A stretch of 49,136 bases of DNA from a virus. The notes under the pieces are model-generated. The model was not told the DNA's origin. It saw nothing but the letters and a program-made list of their open reading frames with translations, and searched no databases. Location of the stretch: IMG/VR virus record IMGVR_UViG_3300020074_000032. The stretch is one strand, 5' to 3'. The stretch's first letter is position 1. Each line of letters begins with the position of its first letter. A program made the position numbers and the translations under genes. Positions 26,358 to 36,089 of the stretch are shown one piece after another.

Positions 26358-26921
26358 TTATAGCTGTCTTACCTCTAAGGCAACGAATCCAGATGCTTCC
26401 AATACCTCTTGCGCTATCAAAGATGGTAACCCGGCTAATTCTTTAGTTAATGCATTTCTGTCAAAAGATGGATACAGTATGCATATTTCTGCTATAGACT
26501 CTTCGTTCCACATGTTTGCTTCTGCTGAAGAAAGTTGTCCAGATTGAACAAGTTGTTCCATTTTTTTTACAAGCTGTTTATATTCAATTCTTGAAAGAGT
26601 TCTCCAAACAATGTGTTTGTCAAAAGAAATCGAGGTAACATATACCTCTTCGTGCTTTTGTTTCCACATTTTTATTGTTCCAGCGGTTGGTCCGCCTGGC
26701 CATATTTCTTCATCATCCGGTAAATCTTCTACCTCTGTAGTTTGCTCTACCATATCATTAGCAAAATCTTCAGCCTCCTGTGATCGAATTTCATCTTCTT
26801 TAAGGGCTTGAACGAGTTCTGGCGAGAGCTCTTCCTGCTCTAATGTGTTTGTAGCTGTTGTGCCCGCTCCCGAAGTTACACTGACTTTTCTTCCTTTATT
26901 TTTACTTTTATTTTCTGACAT
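26358..26921 (-). CDS. Tail assembly chaperone-like protein, 187 aa
   Basis: TLSRIEYKQL...ILYPSFDRNAL...LPSLIAQEVLEASGF resembles the adjacent 209-aa protein. Confidence 0.45.
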   Translation of the reverse strand: MSENKSKNKGRKVSVTSGAGTTATNTLEQEELSPELVQALKEDEIRSQEAEDFANDMVEQTTEVEDLPDDEEIWPGGPTAGTIKMWKQKHEEVYVTSISFDKHIVWRTLSRIEYKQLVKKMEQLVQSGQLSSAEANMWNEESIAEICILYPSFDRNALTKELAGLPSLIAQEVLEASGFVALEVRQL

Positions 26922-27021
26922 GATAACTCCTAATTATTGTAGTAAATTATTTTCAATACATAATATCATATATTCTCAATATAATCAAAACTTAATATAA
27001 TTTAAATATATTAGATTATTT

Positions 27022-28008
27022 TTATCTAACTTTACCGCTACCCGGACCGCTTGTTTGGGTATTGTCGGATTTTTTCGAACCTGTTTCTTCAATAACTAAA
27101 TTAGCTAATGGATTTGTTGATTCATCTGCTATTGTAAAATACGTATCCTTAGCTATAAATTCATACGCTTCTTGAATTGGAGAACCAGCCGTATCATATC
27201 CGGTTGACATATTCATTAATTGAACGCTTTGCAAGACGATTTTCATTGGAGTTCTTTGATTTGTTATTTTTGTCAATCTAGTATTATAGTCCGTTGATAA
27301 TATTCTATCATAGTTGTCAATCGAAGCTGTATTATTTGTAGACTGTTGCGAAGACCTAAGGCTTAACCCATCTTCTTGCGTTCCACAATATATAATTAAA
27401 TTAAATGGCGGATGCGCACTGAATATATTTTTATTGTAAGATTCGTATTCGCCCTTGTTTCCTGGATCATTTGCAATTCTGTCTAATTGACTTCTTGCCC
27501 AATATTTTTGTATATTTTTTTCATCTTCCGAATTTAGACCCTCTGCTGTATCTGACAATAGGCTTATTACATGTTCTGTAGGCTTTCTTCCTACGCTCTC
27601 AGTTCTTACTTTCGCTGCCTTTTCTAGTAAATCCGTCATTCTTCTTGGGTATCTAAATACTAAAACCATATTACCCGCAACTATCCTACTTCCATACATA
27701 ACTGCGTCGTAGTTGTATGACCAAAATCCATATAGAGGTTGCTTTTCTTGTTTGATAGTAAAGTTAAAGGAAGATATTTCTAATTCATCAGCCGGAGAAA
27801 AAAGTCCATCTATGTATATTTTAACATCTGAACCAGAAAAAAAATAATCAAAGTAAGAATTGAAATTAGTATCTTCTCTTGATCTACCTGCCCATTTTAA
27901 ATCAAGCTCTTTATCTAAAGGATCAAACGTAGTTGAGGAACCTACAACTCCAGTTGGAATATATCCACTAAATGGTCTAAATCTTTCTGTATATTTTCTA
28001 CTTGGCAT
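27022..28008 (-). CDS. Tail tube-like structural protein paralog, 328 aa
   Basis: ISSFNFTIKQEKQPLYGFWSYNYDAVMYGSRIVAGNMVLVFRYP parallels the same region of the next two proteins. Confidence 0.5.
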   Translation of the reverse strand: MPSRKYTERFRPFSGYIPTGVVGSSTTFDPLDKELDLKWAGRSREDTNFNSYFDYFFSGSDVKIYIDGLFSPADELEISSFNFTIKQEKQPLYGFWSYNYDAVMYGSRIVAGNMVLVFRYPRRMTDLLEKAAKVRTESVGRKPTEHVISLLSDTAEGLNSEDEKNIQKYWARSQLDRIANDPGNKGEYESYNKNIFSAHPPFNLIIYCGTQEDGLSLRSSQQSTNNTASIDNYDRILSTDYNTRLTKITNQRTPMKIVLQSVQLMNMSTGYDTAGSPIQEAYEFIAKDTYFTIADESTNPLANLVIEETGSKKSDNTQTSGPGSGKVR

Positions 28009-28020
28009 GAGCGTATATTC

Positions 28021-28761
28021 CTATGGTTTAATAATTTTATCTATAACATTTTTGTATTCATCTTCTTTATTTCCAAAAAACTTTTTCGATATAATTGATG
28101 AATTAACATTTTTTTCTACGTCTTCTGGATACATAAAATCATCCTGCGGATCATACTGCAAAAGGGGTTGAATTCCTCTGGCCATATATGTATAAGTTTG
28201 CTCAGTAATAAGATCGTCTATAGACATTGTTTGTCCTTCGTCGACTATGGTTAATCCATACACTTTCATTTTACCATATAATCCATATTCATTAAAGAAA
28301 GATAAAACAACATCAAAAGGAGGAAGCATGTCAGCGAGTGGAGAATATCCAAGAATTGCCAATTTTCTTTTGAATTGTTTTATTCTATAAAACGCATATT
28401 CGTTAAATACAGTAAAAACTAAGGATCCTGCTATTGTTCTTGGACCCTTTATGAAACCTCTTGGATTAACATGTCCAAGCACTCTTACTGGAGTATTTTC
28501 TCTATGTATTGAATACGATATCGTTTGAAGTTCCGCTAATTCAATTACGTCACCCTGTGCGGCAATTTGTCCAGATTCAAGCAGATCTGGTATTACTAAA
28601 GTAGCATTGATGTCTACTCCCGCAAAAGACATGTTAGAGAAAGGATCTGGAAGATTTCTATCCTGCCTATATTTTCTAACGCTATTTTCATAAACTTGAT
28701 ATCTTTTTGTTTTGTCTATTTTAGAAACATCTATATCTGATGGAACAAAACTATTTGACAT
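28021..28761 (-). CDS. Tail tube-like structural protein paralog, 246 aa
   Basis: LQTISYSIHRENTPVRVLGHVNPRGFIKGPRTIAGSLVFTVFNEYAFY; PPFDVVLSFFNEYGLYGKMKVYGLTIVDEGQTMSIDDLITEQTYTYMARGI. Confidence 0.55.
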   Translation of the reverse strand: MSNSFVPSDIDVSKIDKTKRYQVYENSVRKYRQDRNLPDPFSNMSFAGVDINATLVIPDLLESGQIAAQGDVIELAELQTISYSIHRENTPVRVLGHVNPRGFIKGPRTIAGSLVFTVFNEYAFYRIKQFKRKLAILGYSPLADMLPPFDVVLSFFNEYGLYGKMKVYGLTIVDEGQTMSIDDLITEQTYTYMARGIQPLLQYDPQDDFMYPEDVEKNVNSSIISKKFFGNKEDEYKNVIDKIIKP

Positions 28762-28785
28762 TGATTCTCCTTATTAATAAATAAA

Positions 28786-28808
28786 GTGTGGAGAAATTTC
28801 CTCCACAC
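28786..28808 (-). terminator. Candidate terminator/attenuator hairpin
   Basis: GTGTGGAG - 7 nt loop - CTCCACAC, followed in minus direction by TTTATTTATTAAT, between the 229-aa and 246-aa tube-like genes. Confidence 0.55.
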
Positions 28809-28833
28809 CCTACTTAATATTATTAGTTAAGAA

Positions 28834-29523
28834 TTATGGTCTAATGATATCTGTATTCAGCTTAGCTGACTTTGCGGCGTCTCCGCTAATAATGTCAGAA
28901 AGATTTTCAGAATTAAATCTATACATTTGATCATTAGCTATCTTATACATTGGACCAAGCTCTCTTGCAACGTATGTCATTGTCTCTTCTATCACAATGT
29001 CATCCATTGAAGCGCCTGAACCTTCGTTCAATAATTCTACGCCGTATATTGATCTTGCAGCAGCTTGACCATATTCGTTTACGAATGTAATCGTAATATC
29101 AAATGGTGGTATTTGATCTGCATAAAATGGAACCTTAGAGGTAACGTCTCTTGTTTGGTCTGTTACTTCTGATATTCCTCTTCTATGATTTGTATCACCT
29201 GGCAATGTATTGTGTGCCCTGGTAAAAAACTTCATTTGTTCTGGTGTGTTGTGGTGCTTGTCAAGCATGGTATAAAGAGCTGGTCTGTCAAATACTGTAA
29301 ATATTAACGATCCAGCTATTCCACGCTTTCCTCTAGAGAAAGACCTAGGGTTCGGTGAACCCATTGTGTATATCGGGGCTTTTTCTCTTGTTACCGAGAA
29401 CGTAATTCCCGATAGTGCACCTATCTCTATGCCGCCAAATGTTGCGACAATATCTGCCCCAGAAAATGTTGTATAAGTGTTTAAATACTTATTGACTGGG
29501 CCATCGTAATATTCTCCTGCCAT
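28834..29523 (-). CDS. Tail tube-like protein, 229 aa
   Basis: ITFSVTREKAPIYTMGSPNPRSFSRGKRGIAGSLIFTVFDRPALY; PPFDITITFVNEYGQAAARSIYGVELLNEGSGASMDDIVIEETMTYVAREL; lies directly after the sheath gene. Confidence 0.6.
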   Translation of the reverse strand: MAGEYYDGPVNKYLNTYTTFSGADIVATFGGIEIGALSGITFSVTREKAPIYTMGSPNPRSFSRGKRGIAGSLIFTVFDRPALYTMLDKHHNTPEQMKFFTRAHNTLPGDTNHRRGISEVTDQTRDVTSKVPFYADQIPPFDITITFVNEYGQAAARSIYGVELLNEGSGASMDDIVIEETMTYVARELGPMYKIANDQMYRFNSENLSDIISGDAAKSAKLNTDIIRP

Positions 29524-29556
29524 ATATTTGAACCCTCCAGTTCTTTATCGGTTATA

Positions 29557-30840
29557 TTAGGCTAAGTTTACTGACAAACGCACTTCGATGCTCTTCAGCT
29601 CGAATGCGGGTGTTACCACGAGGTCGATGATCGCCTTGTTTTGATTAGGAATGTACGAGACCGCAAAGTCCGCATCCAGCAAGGCACCTAATTGCATCAT
29701 ACCACGTAGAGCTGAGGTTACGGCTGTTTCCATAGAATTTCTTACCTGTATGGTAGAAGCCTCACCTACGAATTTTTGACATACCTGACGAATAAGGAGT
29801 GAGCATTCGGAAATTACTCTCATCGTTGATATTCTAGTATAGTCAGACGATGAAGCTGCGAATGTTAGTCCTTCTGCGTATATTGGAACTCTGTTGAAAT
29901 TCAATATAACAGAGTTTACACCCACGTCAGAGAGAGATGTTTGAAGTGCATTTGTTGGGTTGTATCTAATTGCAGATACGTTATACAGCACCTTGTTTGA
30001 AGGTGAAGTGTAAGACGCAAGTCTGCTTAAAGAACCAGCCAATGATGCGGCTCCGTTGGCATAGCCATATGCCTCCTTATATCCCACTGGAACAATTTCT
30101 GCAGCTATTACGAGCAGGTGTCTTCCGGCTTCAGCTAAACGAGTATAAATCGTTTCGCCAGCGGAGTTTGTTACTGCGGTATTAACGTCAGAGTTTCTGT
30201 TCACCAACGTTGACAGAGCCAGATGGGTACTAACAACAGATGGCGTCATTGTTTTTGTGCCGCCAGTATAGGGCTTAACTCCCATTATTGCAATGCACGG
30301 GTGTGATCTTTCGGATATTTCTTTTGCTTTTATCGCAACTTTTGTTGCCATTGATTTTGTTATTGTTGTACAATCATTAGCATAAAAGCCAAGAGAATTA
30401 TCATTAGTGCTTGGCGTTGCTGACCAATTTGTTGGGTGTCCACCTGCTCCCCATGCTACAATTACGTCCGGAAGCGTTGCTTCTGCCGCTTCGAATGCCG
30501 CATCAAAAATGCTAGCAGACGAGCTTGTTATATCAGCTTCTACAGAAGACGTTCCTCTTACAAAGGTAGCATTGGACGGAAGTGGAACGCAATAAATTCT
30601 TTCTGCGCCTGAGCTCACAAGCTCTAAGTATCCACGATGTAAGTCTGAATCTTCTCCAAATGCGGAAATTACGTCAGCTTCATTGGTAACTTGAACCGCA
30701 TCTAAATCAGGAACGTTCCCTGTATTGTTTGCCGTACTTCTTCTTGCAATTATAGTAACTCTCGGACCAACTGGAAGGTCTTGACGAGAAATGCTGTAAA
30801 AGCGATCTTTAATTATTGTTTTTACACCTGGAATAGCCAT
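29557..30840 (-). CDS. Phage tail sheath protein, 427 aa
   Basis: Start MAIPGVKTIIKD and C-terminus RNSMETAVTSALRGMMQLGALLDADFAVSYIPNQNKAIIDLVVTPAFELKSIEVRLSV; sheath-like organisation and synteny. Confidence 0.7.
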   Translation of the reverse strand: MAIPGVKTIIKDRFYSISRQDLPVGPRVTIIARRSTANNTGNVPDLDAVQVTNEADVISAFGEDSDLHRGYLELVSSGAERIYCVPLPSNATFVRGTSSVEADITSSSASIFDAAFEAAEATLPDVIVAWGAGGHPTNWSATPSTNDNSLGFYANDCTTITKSMATKVAIKAKEISERSHPCIAIMGVKPYTGGTKTMTPSVVSTHLALSTLVNRNSDVNTAVTNSAGETIYTRLAEAGRHLLVIAAEIVPVGYKEAYGYANGAASLAGSLSRLASYTSPSNKVLYNVSAIRYNPTNALQTSLSDVGVNSVILNFNRVPIYAEGLTFAASSSDYTRISTMRVISECSLLIRQVCQKFVGEASTIQVRNSMETAVTSALRGMMQLGALLDADFAVSYIPNQNKAIIDLVVTPAFELKSIEVRLSVNLA

Positions 30841-30919
30841 TTAGTGTTAACCTCCAAAATCGGTACTCTTTTTAAACTCGTACAATATAGTAACAAGTTA
30901 GTTATAAAAACAAACTAAC

Positions 30920-31645
30920 TTAATAAGAAGGTGTAGCTGTTTGATATAGGTCAACTATGTTTACGGGAATATTAACATAATTTGGAGTAGCTTTAATTCT
31001 TGGCTCTGTAGCCATATATGTTCTTAAGTCTATCAATATCTGTTCTATTCTTGATATACTTGTAGAAACTAGCTTTTCAGTTGTTAACATATAAGTTACA
31101 GTTCTTTTACATACGTCAATTCCATTTCTTGAAATTTTTGAATCTGACATTCTTCTAGAATACACCAGCTCAGAAGCCCCAAGTCTTTTAAAAACGGGAA
31201 TGTGTTCCATCATAAAGTCTTCAAATAATTCAATAATTTTATCAGCCACTTCAGCACCGTAGTACCCGGGCTCTTCGTCGTCTGGAAGGTCTGCAGATGT
31301 AGCCCTTGTGTGAACGTTAAACGAAATAATATTTTGAAATCTTTGTCCAAAAATTATTTCATTAACGTCCTTAGGAAGGTGTCTAGTTCTCGGCTTTGGC
31401 TCTGAAGTATGTGCTTTTTTTAGTTCTAAATTATAGGTTATTACGGGGTACCTAGCGTCTTGTCCACCGCTATCTGGCTCAATTGCTATGTTTGGATAAG
31501 CGTTTTCCCAAAGCGCCTTTACTGTTGCCATAAATTCAATATATGTTAAATTTCCAGCTGCCTGAAGCGGATCTCCCGAATAGCTTCTTCCCGTTAAAAT
31601 ATCATTTTGATTAATTCCTGGTATACCAAATGCATTTTGTGGCAT
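30920..31645 (-). CDS. Tail completion/terminator-like protein, 241 aa
   Basis: Position between two sheath-like genes; single intact ORF. Confidence 0.35.
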   Translation of the reverse strand: MPQNAFGIPGINQNDILTGRSYSGDPLQAAGNLTYIEFMATVKALWENAYPNIAIEPDSGGQDARYPVITYNLELKKAHTSEPKPRTRHLPKDVNEIIFGQRFQNIISFNVHTRATSADLPDDEEPGYYGAEVADKIIELFEDFMMEHIPVFKRLGASELVYSRRMSDSKISRNGIDVCKRTVTYMLTTEKLVSTSISRIEQILIDLRTYMATEPRIKATPNYVNIPVNIVDLYQTATPSY

Positions 31646-31647
31646 GA

Positions 31648-33633
31648 CTAGACTCCTGGTCCGGCAAGGATGTTTAAACTAATCTTTTTAATGGCATGTG
31701 AGCTTATTAAATCTATTTCCACATAGACCTTGCCTCTTTGTTGTTTGTCTGCGTACATTTCAAATCTGTAATCTCTTAGTATAGATGGAGTTGATATTTT
31801 AAGGGAATTTAACATTTGTTGAATTTTTTCTTTTATTATATCATACGAAAATTTACCAGTGGCCGAATCACATATTGCATTTATCTCATTGGTAATCATA
31901 GCTGCTAATCTAACTTGAGGTATATTGGACATGCTTGAACCGTTTGATGCCAATGTTCTATCGTCTGACAATAAAACTTGATAAGGTACATTTCTTCTAG
32001 ATCTACCGCTTTTAATTAAAGTATTAATTTTATTATTATGAATTTTTGCTATTTGCAAAGAAGAAAAACTAACACCATGCGGAGAATATGCTCCAATAAG
32101 TCTTTTCCTATTTAACCCCTTGTATACCGGAGTCTCAGAAAGTTGACCAGCAACAGACGACGCCACACTGGAAGAATAAGATAGGCCGATTAAAGGATAA
32201 TTGTATACAGCCTCTCCATAAAACAGCATTATGTGTCTGCCGGCATCGAGCGTATTACCGTCTGTTTCATCTTTATAATTTGGAGTATTTTGATTTGAGT
32301 CTAGTAAAAAGTTTTTATAATAATTTGAGGCGGACATTGTCTCTGCGTCTTCGTTATTCATTCCGCCAGTTCTTGAGCCTATTATTCCTATGACTATAGT
32401 TGACGAATTTTTATAAATATACTCACAAAAATCAGACAATTGCCTAACAAAATTTACATTTCCACATCTTATAAAAGAAGCGTCTACTGGAACAACAATA
32501 TCAATAAAATCAAATTCTTTTGCAGTATCATATGATTTTTTTAATCTTTCATAATATTTTTCATAAAAAGTTAAAGTAGTTGGAGTAGCAGAATTTTCGC
32601 TTAAGAATCCAGCAATTGGTGAATTTAGTTCTTGAGAGTTTTCAACATATTCTGACATCGGTGCTGCAATCATTATGTATATATCCTTGCATCCAGCTGA
32701 ATTGCAGTTTATAACAGCCTTCAACAAAGGACTCTCTTTGTTGCCACCTAAAAGATCCATTGCCTCTTTTATCGAAGATATTCTTTTGAGTTCGTTTAGT
32801 TCTAAATATGCAGAATCTGCGTGACCTATTAGTAGAACAGAATTTGTTTTAAATGGTTCTAATGTTTTGAATATTGCATTTACCTGACTAGAAACTGAAA
32901 GCGAAGGATTACTATCAACTACAACTGGAGAATTCGATTTATGTCTTAATAATCTGCCAGTAGGAATTAGGACCGTTAGGGGCATGTCGTCTGCCAAAAC
33001 TTCAATCGTAAAACTCTTTGAAGATTTTATATTTTTTATTTCGTAAACTCCATCTATAGATGAGTCAACTTCGCTAAGAGTAATAATCTCCCCTGAACTT
33101 AAGTTATTGTTGTCTACTGTTGTTAGTGTGCATGTGTTATTTTCTATTTGTTTATATTCTATATAAATTGGCTTTTGATTATTTCTTGAAACAATTTGAA
33201 AATATAATTCTCTTACTTCCCTAACACCGTTAACTAGGGCATTTAGTATTACTGTGTATTTTCCGTCAAAAATATTTTCTGGAATCTTGTAAACAAAATT
33301 GTATATACCCTTACTTTCTCTCTTTATATAGTTGTTTGATAAAATTTGTTTTAGAACAGAGTTACTATTTATTTGCTGAATAATACTAACTGCATAATCT
33401 GGAGTCGCTGATTGAGCCCCATATGAATATGGACCACTAATTATTGGGCCGTTTCCAGCGTGACCTCTAACAACAGAGACTGTTATATCAGAAACACCAA
33501 GGCCATAATAGGGAGTTGCGCTAGTATTTATTGATTCCCAATTTGGATATATTTTTACTGGATCATAAAAATATCCATCTAAATTGAATATAAACTTAAA
33601 AGTTACAACATCTCCACTGCTATATATAGACAT
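31648..33633 (-). CDS. Second tail sheath-like protein, 661 aa, with long N-terminal extension
   Basis: AVINCNSAGCKDIYIMIAAPMS...VASSVAGQLSETPVYKGLNRKRLIGAYSPHGVSFSSLQIAKIHNNKINTLI...RDYRFEMYADKQQRGKVYVEIDLISSHAIKKISLNI. Confidence 0.6.
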   Translation of the reverse strand: MSIYSSGDVVTFKFIFNLDGYFYDPVKIYPNWESINTSATPYYGLGVSDITVSVVRGHAGNGPIISGPYSYGAQSATPDYAVSIIQQINSNSVLKQILSNNYIKRESKGIYNFVYKIPENIFDGKYTVILNALVNGVREVRELYFQIVSRNNQKPIYIEYKQIENNTCTLTTVDNNNLSSGEIITLSEVDSSIDGVYEIKNIKSSKSFTIEVLADDMPLTVLIPTGRLLRHKSNSPVVVDSNPSLSVSSQVNAIFKTLEPFKTNSVLLIGHADSAYLELNELKRISSIKEAMDLLGGNKESPLLKAVINCNSAGCKDIYIMIAAPMSEYVENSQELNSPIAGFLSENSATPTTLTFYEKYYERLKKSYDTAKEFDFIDIVVPVDASFIRCGNVNFVRQLSDFCEYIYKNSSTIVIGIIGSRTGGMNNEDAETMSASNYYKNFLLDSNQNTPNYKDETDGNTLDAGRHIMLFYGEAVYNYPLIGLSYSSSVASSVAGQLSETPVYKGLNRKRLIGAYSPHGVSFSSLQIAKIHNNKINTLIKSGRSRRNVPYQVLLSDDRTLASNGSSMSNIPQVRLAAMITNEINAICDSATGKFSYDIIKEKIQQMLNSLKISTPSILRDYRFEMYADKQQRGKVYVEIDLISSHAIKKISLNILAGPGV

Positions 33634-33636
33634 ATA

Positions 33637-34014
33637 TTAAACTGGCTTTTCTCTAGTCGCTCCTGCAACCCAGTACTCTATTTTTCCAAACTTACCCCTC
33701 ATCGGAATGGCGTAGTCTACTCTGTAAACGGAATCTGGCTGCGGATGAGATTTTATATTTTCGTATATTCTATCGCCTTGTCGTGGATTTACTGAACAGT
33801 CAAAATAGTATAACATTTCTGCACTGTCGACTATCGTACCCTCTGATACTTCTTTTGTTAGATTTACTAAAACTGAATTTGCTGGATACATATGTCTAGT
33901 TGTAATTCTTTCAAATTTAGAAGAATAATTACGATCATCTAACTTTCTCTGATACAGTATGTCGTGACCCCATTTTCTTAATATCTCTTTAAATGTTCTA
34001 TTTAAATTAGTCAT
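33637..34014 (-). CDS. Head-tail joining/neck-like small protein, 125 aa
   Basis: Intact ORF, syntenic position. Confidence 0.35.
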   Translation of the reverse strand: MTNLNRTFKEILRKWGHDILYQRKLDDRNYSSKFERITTRHMYPANSVLVNLTKEVSEGTIVDSAEMLYYFDCSVNPRQGDRIYENIKSHPQPDSVYRVDYAIPMRGKFGKIEYWVAGATREKPV

Positions 34015-34909
34015 GACTTCTTAATCCTCTTTTTGGCATGGGGTCATCTACTCTAGAGTTTTTTCTTCCGGGACCCAACAAATCTCTGTTGCTTAAATGA
34101 ACAACTAAACCGGTTTCTGGATCTATTGATTTACCAGTAGTTGGCACATAGTCTGTTGGCAGCCCTTTTGGCTGAACGCCCTTCATCGAAACTTTTGCTG
34201 AAAGAACTTCTCTTCTAAGGGCAGCCGCTAACTGACACCATGTTGTTGCATTGCCTCTGTTAACTCCAATTCTTGGAAGCGATCTATTTGTTACAGATAA
34301 ATCACCAAGCTTAACAGACAGCTCATCTTCACCTCCGTATCCATATGTCCTACTTAATTCGCACGCTGCTGCTGCTTTAATGTATTCTAAAACTGTTGAA
34401 CCCAATTGCGGATTTAAGTCAGAAGAATCAGGTATTGAATACAGTTGTTTAATTTCTAAAGAATAATGATGTATTAGCTCACCAGCTTCGACTAAGGTTG
34501 AATCAGGAAAAAATGCAAGTAGCTCCTCCGGATCTAAATACAATGGAGATACGTCTGAAGCAAAGATGACAACTTCGTCAGAACCAAGGGTAACAGAAGG
34601 TTTAAACTCTGAGGTTGGAGTACTAACATATATTTGTTGATTAACTGTTATGTACGTTCCCGTACTAAGAACTCCAACAAAACTTATAGAAAATTCACCA
34701 GCTTCAGTAAAAATGTAATCGTAATAATATTCAGATCCTGATATTTGATTTGCATTTGAGGATAAGACAACAACTCCCAATGAGTTTTTTATGGTCAAAT
34801 TTACCGAAGCAGGTGTAACCAATGTTTGATTGTTTGTTACTGGATCAATATCTAAAAACTTAACTTTAAGACGAATTTGATCATTTACCAAAACTGGATT
34901 TGTAGTCAT
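34007..34909 (-). CDS. Neck/connector-like protein with N-terminal Ig-like beta domain, 300 aa
   Basis: N-terminal beta-rich segment (VNLTIKNSLGVVVLSSNANQISGSEYYYDYIFTEAGEFSISFVG) followed by an alpha-helical connector-like part. Confidence 0.4.
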   Translation of the reverse strand: MTTNPVLVNDQIRLKVKFLDIDPVTNNQTLVTPASVNLTIKNSLGVVVLSSNANQISGSEYYYDYIFTEAGEFSISFVGVLSTGTYITVNQQIYVSTPTSEFKPSVTLGSDEVVIFASDVSPLYLDPEELLAFFPDSTLVEAGELIHHYSLEIKQLYSIPDSSDLNPQLGSTVLEYIKAAAACELSRTYGYGGEDELSVKLGDLSVTNRSLPRIGVNRGNATTWCQLAAALRREVLSAKVSMKGVQPKGLPTDYVPTTGKSIDPETGLVVHLSNRDLLGPGRKNSRVDDPMPKRGLRSHD

Positions 34910-34961
34910 TTTTCCTCTTTTGTATTAAATAGTACTGTTTTCAGCGGAACTATAATTGTAT

Positions 34962-35255
34962 TTATGTTTCTGAATACTCAAAAAATACATCGATGTCCCT
35001 ATCTGATACTTCTATTTGCAGTTCTCCATTAGCAGAATAGTCATAATTGGTAATCTCTATTATTGCAGTGGGAGCATAGTCGTAACTAGCCACCCCAATT
35101 ATCGTTGCAGTGCTATAGTCTTCGCTTTCATTAAGAATTAAAGTGATATTATTAATTATTAAAGGAATAACTAAAGATGGAGCTCTAACTATAATTGTAC
35201 CGAAATAGGTAAAATTATGATAATCGTACGTTGTATTTTGATTATAAATAATCAT
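34962..35255 (-). CDS. Hypothetical beta-rich protein, 97 aa
   Basis: Intact ORF. Confidence 0.5.
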   Translation of the reverse strand: MIIYNQNTTYDYHNFTYFGTIIVRAPSLVIPLIINNITLILNESEDYSTATIIGVASYDYAPTAIIEITNYDYSANGELQIEVSDRDIDVFFEYSET

Positions 35256-35315
35256 AAAAAGTTCCTGTTTTAATTTAAATAGTACTTATATTTTTGAATG
35301 TATTGAGTTTTTATA

Positions 35316-36089
35316 TTATTTATTTCTAGCTTTAATCGAATCACTTATTAGGTTGGGCATGTACTTTAGGTCATTGCCTGGGGAGTTTTTGGGTATTCCA
35401 TATGCAAAAAATTCTAGATATACATATCTTTCTCCAGCAGTAACTGGGGTTACCTCATGCGTGCCCATGTAACTAGATGGGTAGAAAACTGCGCCTCCTG
35501 ATTTTGGCTTATAGTCGATTCCTGCATATTTAAATTTTATATGTCCACCCACAAAATTATCTCCATTTAATTGATCTTCTTCGTCCACGCAGTCGTTAAA
35601 GTATAGGGCGCAACTTATTGTGTTATGAATTGGAAATTCATTTTTTGGAGGTCCGTCAAACTCAAATTGAATTTGATCATCACAGTGAGGGCCTATCCAT
35701 TTTCCATTGCTGTATCCAGCTATATGTGCTGACCCTCTCCACCATATAGTTGTTGCAGCTTCCGGATAAAGTACGCAGTATTCCACTAGGCAGTCGTATA
35801 GCCTGGATTCACATTTTTCAATAAAACGTACAATTTCTTCTGACGGAGTTCTATTTGAGCCTTTTCCAAAAAGGTCTACAAATCTCTCTGGTGCTTCTGG
35901 TACGTGGTCTACTTCAAATTTAAATCCAGTTTTATTGATTGCGTACCTCTTACCATTTTCTTCTAAATAAGTAAAAGTTTGTTCGTCTGACTCTTTCAGC
36001 CATGATATATAACTTTTTAGAAAATTATGATCAATATCAATTACATTATCAAAGGAAACTATTCCACCGCCTAAGTTGTTACATTTCAT
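35316..36089 (-). CDS. 2OG-Fe(II) oxygenase-like protein, 257 aa
   Basis: IGPHCDD (HxD) and GTHEVTPVTAGERYVYLEF (distal His...Arg). Confidence 0.8.
   Translation of the reverse strand: MKCNNLGGGIVSFDNVIDIDHNFLKSYISWLKESDEQTFTYLEENGKRYAINKTGFKFEVDHVPEAPERFVDLFGKGSNRTPSEEIVRFIEKCESRLYDCLVEYCVLYPEAATTIWWRGSAHIAGYSNGKWIGPHCDDQIQFEFDGPPKNEFPIHNTISCALYFNDCVDEEDQLNGDNFVGGHIKFKYAGIDYKPKSGGAVFYPSSYMGTHEVTPVTAGERYVYLEFFAYGIPKNSPGNDLKYMPNLISDSIKARNK

Noticed and set aside
3429-31603. Other short plus-strand ORFs within the giant minus-strand genes
   Set aside because: Low-complexity antisense ORFs with no coherent domains; the minus frames are long and compact.
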